Shown here piece after piece: positions 39,229 through 48,423 of a stretch of 54,023 nucleotides of DNA; the first letter of the stretch is position 1; each line of letters begins with the position of its first letter. Source of the DNA: an uncultured Bacillales bacterium. Its GTDB lineage: Bacteria > Bacillota_I > Bacilli_A > RF39 > UBA660. Below the pieces are notes generated by a model, which saw nothing but the letters and a program-made list of their open reading frames with translations, was not told the DNA's origin and searched no databases. Both the position numbers and the translations under genes were made by a program. The stretch lies in contig CAMNHK010000006.1 of assembly GCA_946539445.1 (NCBI GenBank), forward strand, positions 1 to 54,023, in the 5' to 3' direction.

Positions 39229-41080
39229 ACTCCTTTTTTAAATATACTGACAAGATTGAAATATCAGATGGATTTACTCCACTTATTCTTATTGCTTGGG
39301 CAATCGTCGTTGGCCTTACTTCTTTTAGTTTTTGTCTTGCTTCGGAAGCAATATTGTTTACTTTATCGTAGTCAATGTCATTCGGAATTTGTTTTTTCTC
39401 TAATTTCAACATTTTTTCGGCTTCTTTATAGGCTTTTTGAATATATCCTTCATACTTTAAATAGATTTCTACTTGTTCTTTTACTTCATCTGTATATGGA
39501 AATGTAATAAAGTTTTCTAAAAACTCTACTGTAATTTCTGGTCGTTTTAATAATTGTTCTAATGTCATTGTTGCGGTTGGTAAAGGTATATTCTTTTCTA
39601 AAAATACTTGTTTTACATCATTTGTAATTTTTAGTTTATTCTCTTTTAACCACTCTAAACATTCTTGAATGCTATTTTCTTTCTTAGTTAGTTTTTGCAT
39701 TTGTTCTTCACTAATCAATCCGACTTCATATCCATATTTTCTTAATCTCTGATCTGCATTATCACTTCTTAATAACAATCTAAATTCTGCACGACTAGTT
39801 AATAATCGGTATGGATCTCTTATTCCTTTTGTTATTAAATCATCAATTAATACCCCAATATATGCTTCATTTCTTTTTAAGACTAGAGGTTCTTTTCCTT
39901 CTATTTTTAAACTTGCATTTATTCCAGCCATTAAACCCTGACAAGCGGCTTCTTCATATCCACTTGTTCCATTAATTTGTCCTGCTGTGAATAAATTTTC
40001 TAATATTTTTGTTTCTAATGACGCTTTTAATTGGGTTGGATATATAGCATCATACTCTATTGCATAACCATATTTTAGTATTTTGGCATGTTCAAAACCA
40101 GGTAAACTGTGAACCATTTTTTCTTGTATTTCTGGTGGCATAGATGTTGAAAAACCTTGTAAATACATATCATCATAATAGCGACTCTCTGGTTCTATAA
40201 ATAATTGATGTCTTTCTTTATCACTAAATCTAACGACTTTATCTTCAATTGATGGACAATATCTAGGACCTATTCCTTCTATATCATCAAGAGCTCCATA
40301 CATAGATGATTTATTTAAATTTTCTCTTATAATTCTATGGGTTTCTTCTGTTGTATAGGTTAAATGACATGGAATTTGATCTTCTATTTTATATTGTGGT
40401 TCTAAATCAAAACTAAATGTTAGATATTTGTTATCTCCTGGTTCTACTCGCGTCTTTGAAAAATCAATGGTTTTACGATCAATTCTTTGCGGAGTTCCTG
40501 TTTTTAATCGCTTTATTTGGAAACCATAATTTCTCAATTTATCACTTAAAAACAATGATGGTCTTTCGCCATGAGGACCTTGTCTCGTTCTGGTGTTCCC
40601 TACTAAAATATCTGCTTTTAAATATGTTCCTGTTGTAAGAATTACTATTTTTGATTCTATTTTTTCCCCATTTTCTAGGATTACACCTTTTACTTTTTGA
40701 TTTTCTACTATCAAATCTTCTACCATTGCCTCTTTTATTTCTAAGTTTTCAAGAGACTTTAGTGTATTCATCATTTCTTTTGGATAAGCTACTTTATCTC
40801 CTTGTGCTCTTAATGATTGTACGGCAGGGCCTTTGGCACTATTTAACATTTTTATTTGTAGATGAGTTTTATCAGCTACTTTTCCCATTATTCCGCCTAG
40901 AGCGTCAATTTCTCTAACAACGATTCCTTTGGCACTTCCTCCAATATGTGGATTACATGGCATATCGGCAATATTATTTAAGTTACTTGTAATTAAAAGG
41001 GTTTTATGTCCTTTTTTAGCAGATGCATAAGCTGCTTCACACCCTGCATGTCCGCCACCTACTATAATTATTTCTACCAT
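39212..41080 (-). CDS. mnmG: tRNA uridine-5-carboxymethylaminomethyl modification enzyme
   Basis: GGGHAGCEAA, GPRYCPSIEDK and GQINGTSGYEEAA. Confidence 0.97.
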   Translation of the reverse strand: MVEIIIVGGGHAGCEAAYASAKKGHKTLLITSNLNNIADMPCNPHIGGSAKGIVVREIDALGGIMGKVADKTHLQIKMLNSAKGPAVQSLRAQGDKVAYPKEMMNTLKSLENLEIKEAMVEDLIVENQKVKGVILENGEKIESKIVILTTGTYLKADILVGNTRTRQGPHGERPSLFLSDKLRNYGFQIKRLKTGTPQRIDRKTIDFSKTRVEPGDNKYLTFSFDLEPQYKIEDQIPCHLTYTTEETHRIIRENLNKSSMYGALDDIEGIGPRYCPSIEDKVVRFSDKERHQLFIEPESRYYDDMYLQGFSTSMPPEIQEKMVHSLPGFEHAKILKYGYAIEYDAIYPTQLKASLETKILENLFTAGQINGTSGYEEAACQGLMAGINASLKIEGKEPLVLKRNEAYIGVLIDDLITKGIRDPYRLLTSRAEFRLLLRSDNADQRLRKYGYEVGLISEEQMQKLTKKENSIQECLEWLKENKLKITNDVKQVFLEKNIPLPTATMTLEQLLKRPEITVEFLENFITFPYTDEVKEQVEIYLKYEGYIQKAYKEAEKMLKLEKKQIPNDIDYDKVNNIASEARQKLKEVRPTTIAQAIRISGVNPSDISILSVYLKKEYGKDE

Positions 41081-41096
41081 TATTTCACCCTCTTTT

Positions 41097-42458
41097 TTAT
41101 TTACCTAAACAAAATCTTGAAAACATTTCATCCAATAATTCTTCTTCATATGTTGTTCCATTAATGGTTCCTAGTTCTTCCCATATATTCTTAATATCTA
41201 GCTCAATCATATCAATTGGCATATTATTTTTGATAGATTCCTCGATTTCTTCTACTCTTTTTAGACATTTCTTTAAGATACTAATACTTCTGGAGTTACT
41301 TAGATAAGTTGGATCTTTTGTTTCTATTTCGTGTATATTAAATAATTCCTCTATTTTTCTTTTTAATTCTTCTATTCCTTTATTTTCTAAAATACTAAGT
41401 TCTATTACTTTAGATGAATCTACTGGTAATTGTGTTTTATCTAATTTGGTTTCTAAATCTATTTTATTAATTAGAACTAAGTACTTTTTTTCTTTCATTT
41501 CTTTTATTAAATCAAGGATATCTTCAGATAATTCTTCATTATTATTGATCATTAAGAGTATTAAATCTGCTTCTTCCATACTTTTTCTACTTTTTTCTAC
41601 TCCAATTGCTTCTATAATATCTTCTGTTTCACGAATTCCTGCAGTATCTATCATGTTTAAAAGTATTCCATTGATGGAAATTTGTCCTTCTACAATATCT
41701 CTTGTTGTTCCTGCTATATCAGTAACGATGGCTTTATCTTCTTGCAATAAAGCATTTAATAAAGAACTTTTTCCAACATTTGGTCTTCCTACTATTACTG
41801 TCTTAATTCCATCTTTAATGATTTTTCCATTTTCAGATTCTTTTAAGATTCTTTGGATTCTTTCTCTTAATTTTGTTATTTTTGGAATTAAAACATCATT
41901 TGTGATTATATCTACATCATCATATTCTGGATAGTCTATATTTACATTAATATTTGAAATAATTTGTACCATATCACTTCTTAATTCATTAATTAAATCA
42001 GAGGTTTTTCCATCTATTTGATTTAATGCCATTTTTCTTTGAACTTCTGTTTTAGCATCAATCATATCCATTACTGCTTCTGCTTCTAATAAATCAATTC
42101 TTCCATTTAGAAAGGCTCTTTTCGTAAATTCACCTGGTTCTGCTAATCGACATCCATTTTCCAATAATAATTCTAATACACGATTTGTAGGAGCAATACC
42201 ACCATGTGTATTGATTTCTACAATATTTTCTTTTGTATAAGTACGTGGTTCTTTCATAATTGTAACAAGGACTTCATCGATGTTTTCCTCTCCATCTATT
42301 ATGTGGCCATAATGAATGGTATGAGTATCTACTTTTGATAAATCTTTTCCTTTGAAGATTTTATTTACGATGTCAATTGATTCTTCACCACTTATTCTAA
42401 TAATAGAAATAGAACCTATTCCTTGAGATGTTGCAATGGCACATATTGTATCGTTCAT
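41097..42458 (-). CDS. mnmE: tRNA modification GTPase
   Basis: GRPNVGKSS, GTTRD, DTAGIR and FCLGK. Confidence 0.97.
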   Translation of the reverse strand: MNDTICAIATSQGIGSISIIRISGEESIDIVNKIFKGKDLSKVDTHTIHYGHIIDGEENIDEVLVTIMKEPRTYTKENIVEINTHGGIAPTNRVLELLLENGCRLAEPGEFTKRAFLNGRIDLLEAEAVMDMIDAKTEVQRKMALNQIDGKTSDLINELRSDMVQIISNINVNIDYPEYDDVDIITNDVLIPKITKLRERIQRILKESENGKIIKDGIKTVIVGRPNVGKSSLLNALLQEDKAIVTDIAGTTRDIVEGQISINGILLNMIDTAGIRETEDIIEAIGVEKSRKSMEEADLILLMINNNEELSEDILDLIKEMKEKKYLVLINKIDLETKLDKTQLPVDSSKVIELSILENKGIEELKRKIEELFNIHEIETKDPTYLSNSRSISILKKCLKRVEEIEESIKNNMPIDMIELDIKNIWEELGTINGTTYEEELLDEMFSRFCLGK

Positions 42459-42496
42459 GGTATCCCTCCTTTTTTCGGAAATATTATAGCATATTT

Positions 42497-42588
42497 TTTT
42501 CCATATTACTCCATATTATTATAATTTTATCATTTCTTTTTTCTATAATTGATTTAAAGTGATTTATAAATGTGTAAATTGTGTAAAA
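42497..42588. promoter_or_regulatory. Small DnaA-box cluster between jag and mnmE
   Basis: Tandem TGTGTAAAT/TGTGTAAAA at 42571-42588; the second is the consensus TTWTNCACA on the - strand. TTTTCCATA at 42497. Confidence 0.45.
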
Positions 42589-42598
42589 AAAAAGAAGA

Positions 42599-43213
42599 TT
42601 AATCTTCTTTTGGTTTAATTACTACACAACGGTTTGGTTCTTCGCCTTCACTTTCTGTATAGACATGTTTGTTGTTTGTTAGAATATTGTGAATGATTCT
42701 TCTTTCATATGAATTCATAGAGTCTAATTTAACTTCTACCTTTGTCGTTGCAACTTCACGAGCAATTCTTTTTGCTAGTCTTTCTAAAGATTTTTCTCTT
42801 TTTTCTTTATATTCATTTACATCGATTATGAATTTATAAGTTCTTCCTAGTTCTTTATTTAAATATTGACTAACTATTGTAGATAATGCTTTAAGATTTT
42901 TTCCATTTTTACCAATTAATAAAGCATCATTATCAGAGAATATAATATACTTTGGAACTTCCTCTTTGTTTTTAATTTCAATGTTTACATTGTATCCCAT
43001 TGCTTTTAAGATTCTTACTAAGTAGTCTTTGATTTCTTTTATTACTTCTCTTTTTTCAATTACTTGTATTTCTACTTTTTTACTTTTAAAAAGACCACCT
43101 TTTGTTGTTTCTAATTCTTTTATAAATAAATTTTCTTCAACCTCTTGTAATTCTTCTTTTGCTAATTGAATAGCTTCTTCCTTGGTTTTTCCAATGTAAT
43201 TATGCTTTTCCAT
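42599..43213 (-). CDS. jag: RNA-binding protein Jag/EloR (KhpB)
   Basis: Jag-N GKTKEEAI, KH LIGKNG and R3H ERRIIH. Confidence 0.95.
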   Translation of the reverse strand: MEKHNYIGKTKEEAIQLAKEELQEVEENLFIKELETTKGGLFKSKKVEIQVIEKREVIKEIKDYLVRILKAMGYNVNIEIKNKEEVPKYIIFSDNDALLIGKNGKNLKALSTIVSQYLNKELGRTYKFIIDVNEYKEKREKSLERLAKRIAREVATTKVEVKLDSMNSYERRIIHNILTNNKHVYTESEGEEPNRCVVIKPKED

Positions 43214-44135
43214 TTACTTTTTTACTCCTTTTCACTAAATAATTTTGAACGATTGTAAATAAATTAGATGTTACCCAATATATTCCTAATCCAGTTGGCA
43301 TAAAGATTGCTGTTACAATTATCATTCCAGACATCATCATTGGCATCATTTTCATATTTGGATCATCCATGTTACCTGCTGCATTCATTTTAAATGAGAA
43401 GAATGTAGTTGCTGCAATCAATATCATTAATATTAAATAGGCGTAAAATACAGAAGTTGTAATTCCTACCGCTGGAGTTGTTCCTAATTGCAATCCTAAA
43501 AATCTATCTTCAAAGATTACAGGCGTTCTTTGTACTGCCTCAAAGAAAGCTATAAAAATTGGTAATTGTAAGAAGGCAAATAAGCATCCTCCCATAGGAT
43601 TAATATTATATTTTTTATAAACAGCCATTAATTCTTGATTTTGTTTTACCATTGATTCTTGATCTTGTTTATTTGCATATTTTTTTTGAATTTTATTAAT
43701 TTCAGGTTGTGCTTTTTTCATTAATTCCGATTGCATAGCTGTCTTCTTTGTTACTGGAAATGCTATTAATCGGATAATTAAACTGATTATAATAACCGAT
43801 AAACCATAATTCTTAACTAATTTTCCAAGTGATAGTAAGAAATAGGCTAGGGGTTTTACAAAAAAACTATTCCATAAACCTTCATATTTACCAGAATTAA
43901 TCTTAAAATCTTTACATTCTGGTAGTTTATCTAGTTTAACATTGTATTTTTCATAAATAGCTGTTGTATCTTTATTAGTTGGTTTACATAATATATTAGC
44001 AGTTAATGTTTGTCCTGTTTTTTCGTTCTTTACTGCTTTATTATTGCTATCTGTTAAAGTTTTTGTACAACCCGTTGTGATTAATAATAAGAACAGTATA
44101 ACTATTATTTTTATTTTGTTATTCTTTTTTTTCAT
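43200..44135 (-). CDS. yidC: Membrane protein insertase YidC/SpoIIIJ (lipoprotein)
   Basis: Lipobox TTGC, NPMGGCL, QLPIF and IYWVTSN. Confidence 0.95.
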   Translation of the reverse strand: MKKKNNKIKIIVILFLLLITTGCTKTLTDSNNKAVKNEKTGQTLTANILCKPTNKDTTAIYEKYNVKLDKLPECKDFKINSGKYEGLWNSFFVKPLAYFLLSLGKLVKNYGLSVIIISLIIRLIAFPVTKKTAMQSELMKKAQPEINKIQKKYANKQDQESMVKQNQELMAVYKKYNINPMGGCLFAFLQLPIFIAFFEAVQRTPVIFEDRFLGLQLGTTPAVGITTSVFYAYLILMILIAATTFFSFKMNAAGNMDDPNMKMMPMMMSGMIIVTAIFMPTGLGIYWVTSNLFTIVQNYLVKRSKKVNGKA

Positions 44136-44153
44136 TCACTTATTCCTTTCTTA

Positions 44154-44474
44154 TTATTTGTTCATCAAAGCAAAAAATTCCTTTTCAAGTATTTCAAATG
44201 GTTGTTCAATTGCTTCTTTTCTTAATATTATAATATAATCTTTATTATTTATATATAGTTTTTTGTAATTATCTATTATAGAGCGTATTTTTCTTTTATA
44301 TGTATTACGAAATACAGCGTTTCCTAGTTTCTTACTGACAGATATTCCATATCTATCATAAGGTAAATTATTAGCTTTTGAGTGTATTACATAAAAATGA
44401 TTTTTTTTGCATGTTCCATTTTTTATAATATTTTCAAAATCTCGTGTAGTTTTAACTATATATAATTTTCTCAT
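44154..44474 (-). CDS. rnpA: Ribonuclease P protein component
   Basis: GISVSKKLGNAVFRN..KR. Confidence 0.95.
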   Translation of the reverse strand: MRKLYIVKTTRDFENIIKNGTCKKNHFYVIHSKANNLPYDRYGISVSKKLGNAVFRNTYKRKIRSIIDNYKKLYINNKDYIIILRKEAIEQPFEILEKEFFALMNK

Positions 44475-44521
44475 AATATCATTCCTTTAGAGTAAAAAAC
44501 CACTGTTTAGCAGCGGATTTT

Positions 44522-44644
44522 TTATTTACAAAGACTTTTACGTCCTTTACGACGACGACGATTTAAAATATTTGTTTTTTTACGTGCGAAAAAACCTAAT
44601 CTTTTTGTTTTCTTGTGATTATTTGGTTGATACGTTCTTTTCAT
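44522..44644 (-). CDS. rpmH: 50S ribosomal protein L34 (40 aa)
   Basis: Below the ORF-track cutoff. Manual translation is MKRTYQPNNHKKTKRLGFFARKKTNILNRRRRKGRKSLCK, with a GGAGG SD. Confidence 0.95.
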   Translation of the reverse strand: MKRTYQPNNHKKTKRLGFFARKKTNILNRRRRKGRKSLCK

Positions 44645-44736
44645 TGTTCCACCTCCAGACATAAATCTACATTATTATAATAATAAGATTGTTGATTTGT
44701 CAATGAAAAAGTGAAATCTAATCTTCTTTTTGGTGA

Positions 44737-44913
44737 TTATTCACATTATCCACATACTTGTGGATAAAGAATAGGGTAGGTGTGAAAAAAAATTTGTGGA
44801 AAATGTGGAAAACTCTCTTTTATCATTATTTTATATATATTTAAGTTGTTGAAAAAATTGTTGAAAATTGGTGGAAAACTTTTTTTTATGAAAAATTGTT
44901 TCTTTTTTTCACA
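44737..44913. other. oriC: oriC part 1: DnaA-box cluster between rpmH and dnaA
   Basis: TTATTCACA 44737, TTATCCACA 44746, TGTGGATAA 44759, TGTGAAAAA 44781, TGTGGAAAA 44795 and 44804, plus further degenerate boxes. Gene strand switches here. Confidence 0.9.
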
Positions 44914-45047
44914 GTTTTTTGTAGAATATTCTTAGAGAAAATAGCCTTTTTATATGAAAAAAAATTTCTTAAAATTAGGGGTTTATTTTTTGAATTTTTT
45001 CATTTAGAATAGGGTGTATGTTTTTAATCTTGTGGGGAGATGGTGGA

Positions 45048-46436
45048 ATGAATGAAGAAGTCCTTTGGACAAAGTTTTTAGACCAAATTAAAGACGAATT
45101 ATCCTCTATCTCTTATAATACTTGGTTTTCCGAAACAAAACTTTATAAGATAAAAGATGGCAAGGCTTATATTATTGTTCCTATGCCTATTTATAAAAAC
45201 CATTTAGCGGATAATTATTCAAATCTTATTATTTCTAAACTATATGAAATTAGTGGAATTAATTATGAATTACGTTTTTTATTAGCAGAAGATATTGAAG
45301 AAGAAAAAGAGAAAGAAAAGGAAATTGAAGAAAAAAATATTCTTAATTCTAGAGAAGAAAAAAACTATTCAGAAGTGATTCATAATAATCTAATATCTCA
45401 TTATACCTTTGATAATTTTATTGTTGGAAATAGTAATAAATTTGCTCATGCAGCCGCATTAAGTGTTGCTGAAAATCCAGGTAATATGTATAATCCGTTA
45501 TTTTTGTATGGTAATAGTGGATTAGGAAAAACCCATTTAATGCATGCAATTGGTAATTATATTATAAGTAATTCCAATAAAAGAGTATTATATGTAACTA
45601 GTGAACAGTTTAAAGATGATTTTGTTAAAGTTAATCGAAAAGATGAAAATGGTACTAACTTTAACTATGTTGATTTTTTTAAAGATAAATATAGAAATAT
45701 AGATGTTTTATTAATAGATGATATTCAGTTTTTAGGGGGTGCCTCTAAATCACAGGAAGAATTCTTTCATACATTTAATAATCTATATAATGATAGTAAA
45801 CAGATTATTATTTCATCTGATCGGTCTCCGAATGATTTAAAACTATTAGAAGAGCGCCTACGAACACGTTTTAATTGGGGATTACAGGTTAATATTTATC
45901 CACCTGATTTTGCATTAAAAAAGGAAATTTTAAAAAAGAAGATTGTTGGTGGTAATTTAGAGCAAGATATTCCTGATGAAGTAATTGAATATATTGCTAA
46001 TAATATTGGACCGGATGTAAGACAGTTAGAAGGCTCTGTAACAAGGCTTCTTGCTTATTCCGCCATTTGGGGTGGAAAAGAGATTACTTTAGATTTGGCA
46101 ATAGAAGCTTTAAAAGATTCTGTCAGTAAGGGAATGGGTGAAAAAAATGATATTCATCGTATTCAAAGAATTGTTTCAGAATACTTTCAAATATCTGTGG
46201 AAGATATACGTAGTAAAAAAAGAAGTGCTAATATATCACAACCAAGACAAATTGCTATGTATCTGTGTCGGAGTATGACGACAGAGTCTTTTCCTAAAAT
46301 TGGAATCGAATTTGGCGGAAAAGATCATTCTACAGTTATGCATTCCGTTGAAAAAATTGAAAATGAAATAAAAGAAAATAAAGATTTAGCTAATATCATC
46401 GAAAAATTAAAGAAAGATATAGGGGTTGTTCAATAA
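45048..46436 (+). CDS. dnaA: Chromosomal replication initiator DnaA
   Basis: YNPLFLYG..GLGKTHL, LLIDDIQF and GGKDHSTV. Likely start is 45048; the ORF track uses 45018. Confidence 0.97.
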   Translation: MNEEVLWTKFLDQIKDELSSISYNTWFSETKLYKIKDGKAYIIVPMPIYKNHLADNYSNLIISKLYEISGINYELRFLLAEDIEEEKEKEKEIEEKNILNSREEKNYSEVIHNNLISHYTFDNFIVGNSNKFAHAAALSVAENPGNMYNPLFLYGNSGLGKTHLMHAIGNYIISNSNKRVLYVTSEQFKDDFVKVNRKDENGTNFNYVDFFKDKYRNIDVLLIDDIQFLGGASKSQEEFFHTFNNLYNDSKQIIISSDRSPNDLKLLEERLRTRFNWGLQVNIYPPDFALKKEILKKKIVGGNLEQDIPDEVIEYIANNIGPDVRQLEGSVTRLLAYSAIWGGKEITLDLAIEALKDSVSKGMGEKNDIHRIQRIVSEYFQISVEDIRSKKRSANISQPRQIAMYLCRSMTTESFPKIGIEFGGKDHSTVMHSVEKIENEIKENKDLANIIEKLKKDIGVVQ

Positions 46437-46565
46437 TTCGACAAAAAAGTGATTTTTTCCACAAGAAATTGTTAGTTAAATCTTTGAAATATAAAGGAAT
46501 AATAGTTTTATAAACTTTTTCCACATTTATAATAGGAATAATTTATAAGAAAGAAGGAATAAATA
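46437..46565. other. oriC: oriC part 2 (dnaA-dnaN intergenic region; probable unwinding site)
   Basis: TTTTCCACA at 46455 and 46517, followed by an AT-rich tract. This is the bipartite origin layout typical of Bacilli. Confidence 0.75.
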
Positions 46566-47693
46566 ATGAAATTTACGATTAAAAGAGAAATATTACTTGA
46601 TGCTTTAACAAAAGTTGCTAAGGCTATTTCAACAAAAAACTTAATTCCCGTTTTAGCAGGAATTAAATTTGAATTAAAAAAGAAAAAATTAACATTAACA
46701 GCTAGTGATAATGATATTACTATTCAAACATGTATTGAATCAACCAAAGAGGAAGATTTTAAAATTGAAAATGAAGGTAGTATTGTTATTCAAGGAAAAT
46801 ATATTTTAGATATTGTTCGTAAGTTACCAGATGAATATATTAATATTGAAGTAATAGATGAATTAAAAATTCTTATTTATACGGATAAGAGTGAATTTAA
46901 TTTAAATGGTATTAGCGAAAGTGAATATCCTAATATTGGATTAGAAGAAAGTAAAAAGAAAGTAGATATTTTAGCTGGTACTCTTAAAAATATCGTTAAT
47001 CAAACAGCTTTTGCTTCTTCTAATGAAGAAAGTAAACCTGTTTTGACTGGAATTAACTTTAATATTGCTGGTAATATTTTAGAATGTAATTCTACTGATT
47101 CTTATCGTTTAGCTAGAAAAGTTGTGACTTTATCTAAGGAAAGTGAAGAAAATTATAATATTGTTATTCCAAGTCATAATTTGGTTGAATTTATGAAGAT
47201 ACTTGGTGATGATGAGGAAATGGTAGAACTTCATATATTTAACAATAAGATTTTATTTAAAACGGGAAGTTTAAAATTTGAATCTCGTCTTATTAATGGT
47301 ACTTATCCAAATACTTCTAATTTATTACCAGAAGATTCTTTATTAGTAATTCATACAAATTTAAATGATTTCTATAGTGTAATTGATCGTGTTAGTATTT
47401 TAACAAGTGATAAAGAAAAAAATATAGTAACTCTTGAGACTAATGGAAATTCTCTTATTTTAAAGAGTAGTTCTGTAGAAGTAGGTAGGGTAGAAGAAAA
47501 AATGACTATTTCTAAGAATAATGAGGAAGATATTAAAATATCATTCAGTGCTAAATATATGATGGAAGCTCTAAAGAGTTTTTCAACAGAAAATGTGGAT
47601 TTACATTTTGTTGGAGAAATAAAGCCTATTCTTATTAAGTCTGAAGAAGATGAGACTTTAACGCAATTGGTTTTGCCAATTCGTACTTATTAA
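46566..47693 (+). CDS. dnaN: DNA polymerase III beta clamp
   Basis: PVLAGI, TDSYRL, RLINGTYP and LVLPIRTY. Confidence 0.97.
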   Translation: MKFTIKREILLDALTKVAKAISTKNLIPVLAGIKFELKKKKLTLTASDNDITIQTCIESTKEEDFKIENEGSIVIQGKYILDIVRKLPDEYINIEVIDELKILIYTDKSEFNLNGISESEYPNIGLEESKKKVDILAGTLKNIVNQTAFASSNEESKPVLTGINFNIAGNILECNSTDSYRLARKVVTLSKESEENYNIVIPSHNLVEFMKILGDDEEMVELHIFNNKILFKTGSLKFESRLINGTYPNTSNLLPEDSLLVIHTNLNDFYSVIDRVSILTSDKEKNIVTLETNGNSLILKSSSVEVGRVEEKMTISKNNEEDIKISFSAKYMMEALKSFSTENVDLHFVGEIKPILIKSEEDETLTQLVLPIRTY

Positions 47694-47719
47694 AAAAAGA
47701 GGATTTTTCCTCTTTTTTT
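47692..47719 (+). terminator. Terminator after dnaN
   Basis: AAAAGAGGA/TCCTCTTTT stem plus U7. Confidence 0.8.
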
Positions 47720-47859
47720 GTGGATTTTTCTATTTTTTTCATATTATATAAATGAATCATAAAAATATTTATTGTTATCAACAAAAAATGACAAAAATAG
47801 ACAGATTTATTTGATATAAGTTTATCAGAAGCAAAAAATGCTTCTAGGGGGGAATATAT

Positions 47860-48306
47860 ATGAATTATGAAGTAAGTAGGGGTACACTAGCAATTGTACC
47901 AAATGATAGTAATACTAGTTTAGTATTAGAAGATGAAGAAAGTTATGTTATACCAAAAACTCCATTTCAAATAATGGAAAACAGTTGTCGTTATTTTGGG
48001 AGTACTTATGAAGGAAGAAAAAATGGGGCAAGAGATATTTTAGGGGCCGAGTATAAAGTACCTATTGTTGTAGAAGATAGTAATAATTTAATTGTTTTTC
48101 CAACAACTTCGCCTTTAGCTGAAGATTGTGTTTGGATTTCTTTAAAAAGAGTGAAAAAAATAGAAAAAATCGATTATAATAATACTAAAATTATTTTTGA
48201 TAATAATAAAGAATTATTATTAGATTGTTCTTATAGAACTGTGGAAAATCAACTATCCAGAGCTTCTAGATTAGATTTAATCCTTCGAAATCATAAAAAT
48301 AGTTAA
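47860..48306 (+). CDS. comK: Competence transcription factor ComK family protein
   Basis: YEVSRGTLAI, SCRYFGSTYEGR, KVPI, FPTTSP...CVW and SY..ENQ..R match the ComK family motifs. Confidence 0.88.
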   Translation: MNYEVSRGTLAIVPNDSNTSLVLEDEESYVIPKTPFQIMENSCRYFGSTYEGRKNGARDILGAEYKVPIVVEDSNNLIVFPTTSPLAEDCVWISLKRVKKIEKIDYNNTKIIFDNNKELLLDCSYRTVENQLSRASRLDLILRNHKNS

Positions 48307-48322
48307 TTTTAACTATTTTTTT
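48295..48322 (+). terminator. Terminator after comK
   Basis: AAAAATAGTTAA/TTAACTATTTTT stem plus a U-run. Confidence 0.7.
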
Positions 48323-48351
48323 GTGCTTTTAAAGGCCATATATGCTATAAT
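48323..48351 (+). promoter_or_regulatory. SigA promoter for recF-gyrB-gyrA
   Basis: GTGCTT-17 nt-TATAAT with an extended TG (TGCTATAAT). Confidence 0.65.
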
Positions 48352-48396
48352 AAGTATGTATGTATAGGAATACTGAGTTAGGGGATAGGTGATTAA

Positions 48397-48423
48397 ATGG
48401 GTCTTTTAAATGCGTTTAAATGA
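48397..48423 (+). CDS. Putative 8-aa uORF (MGLLNAFK) overlapping the recF start (ATGA)
   Basis: Strong SD (AGGTGA) 4 nt upstream. Its TGA overlaps the recF ATG, which has no SD of its own. Confidence 0.45.
   Translation: MGLLNAFK

Noticed and set aside
47695-47707. ComK AT-box (AAAA-N5-TTTT) upstream of comK
   Set aside because: It is a single box inside the dnaN terminator, with no partner box at 8, 18 or 31 nt spacing. Such matches are expected by chance in AT-rich DNA.
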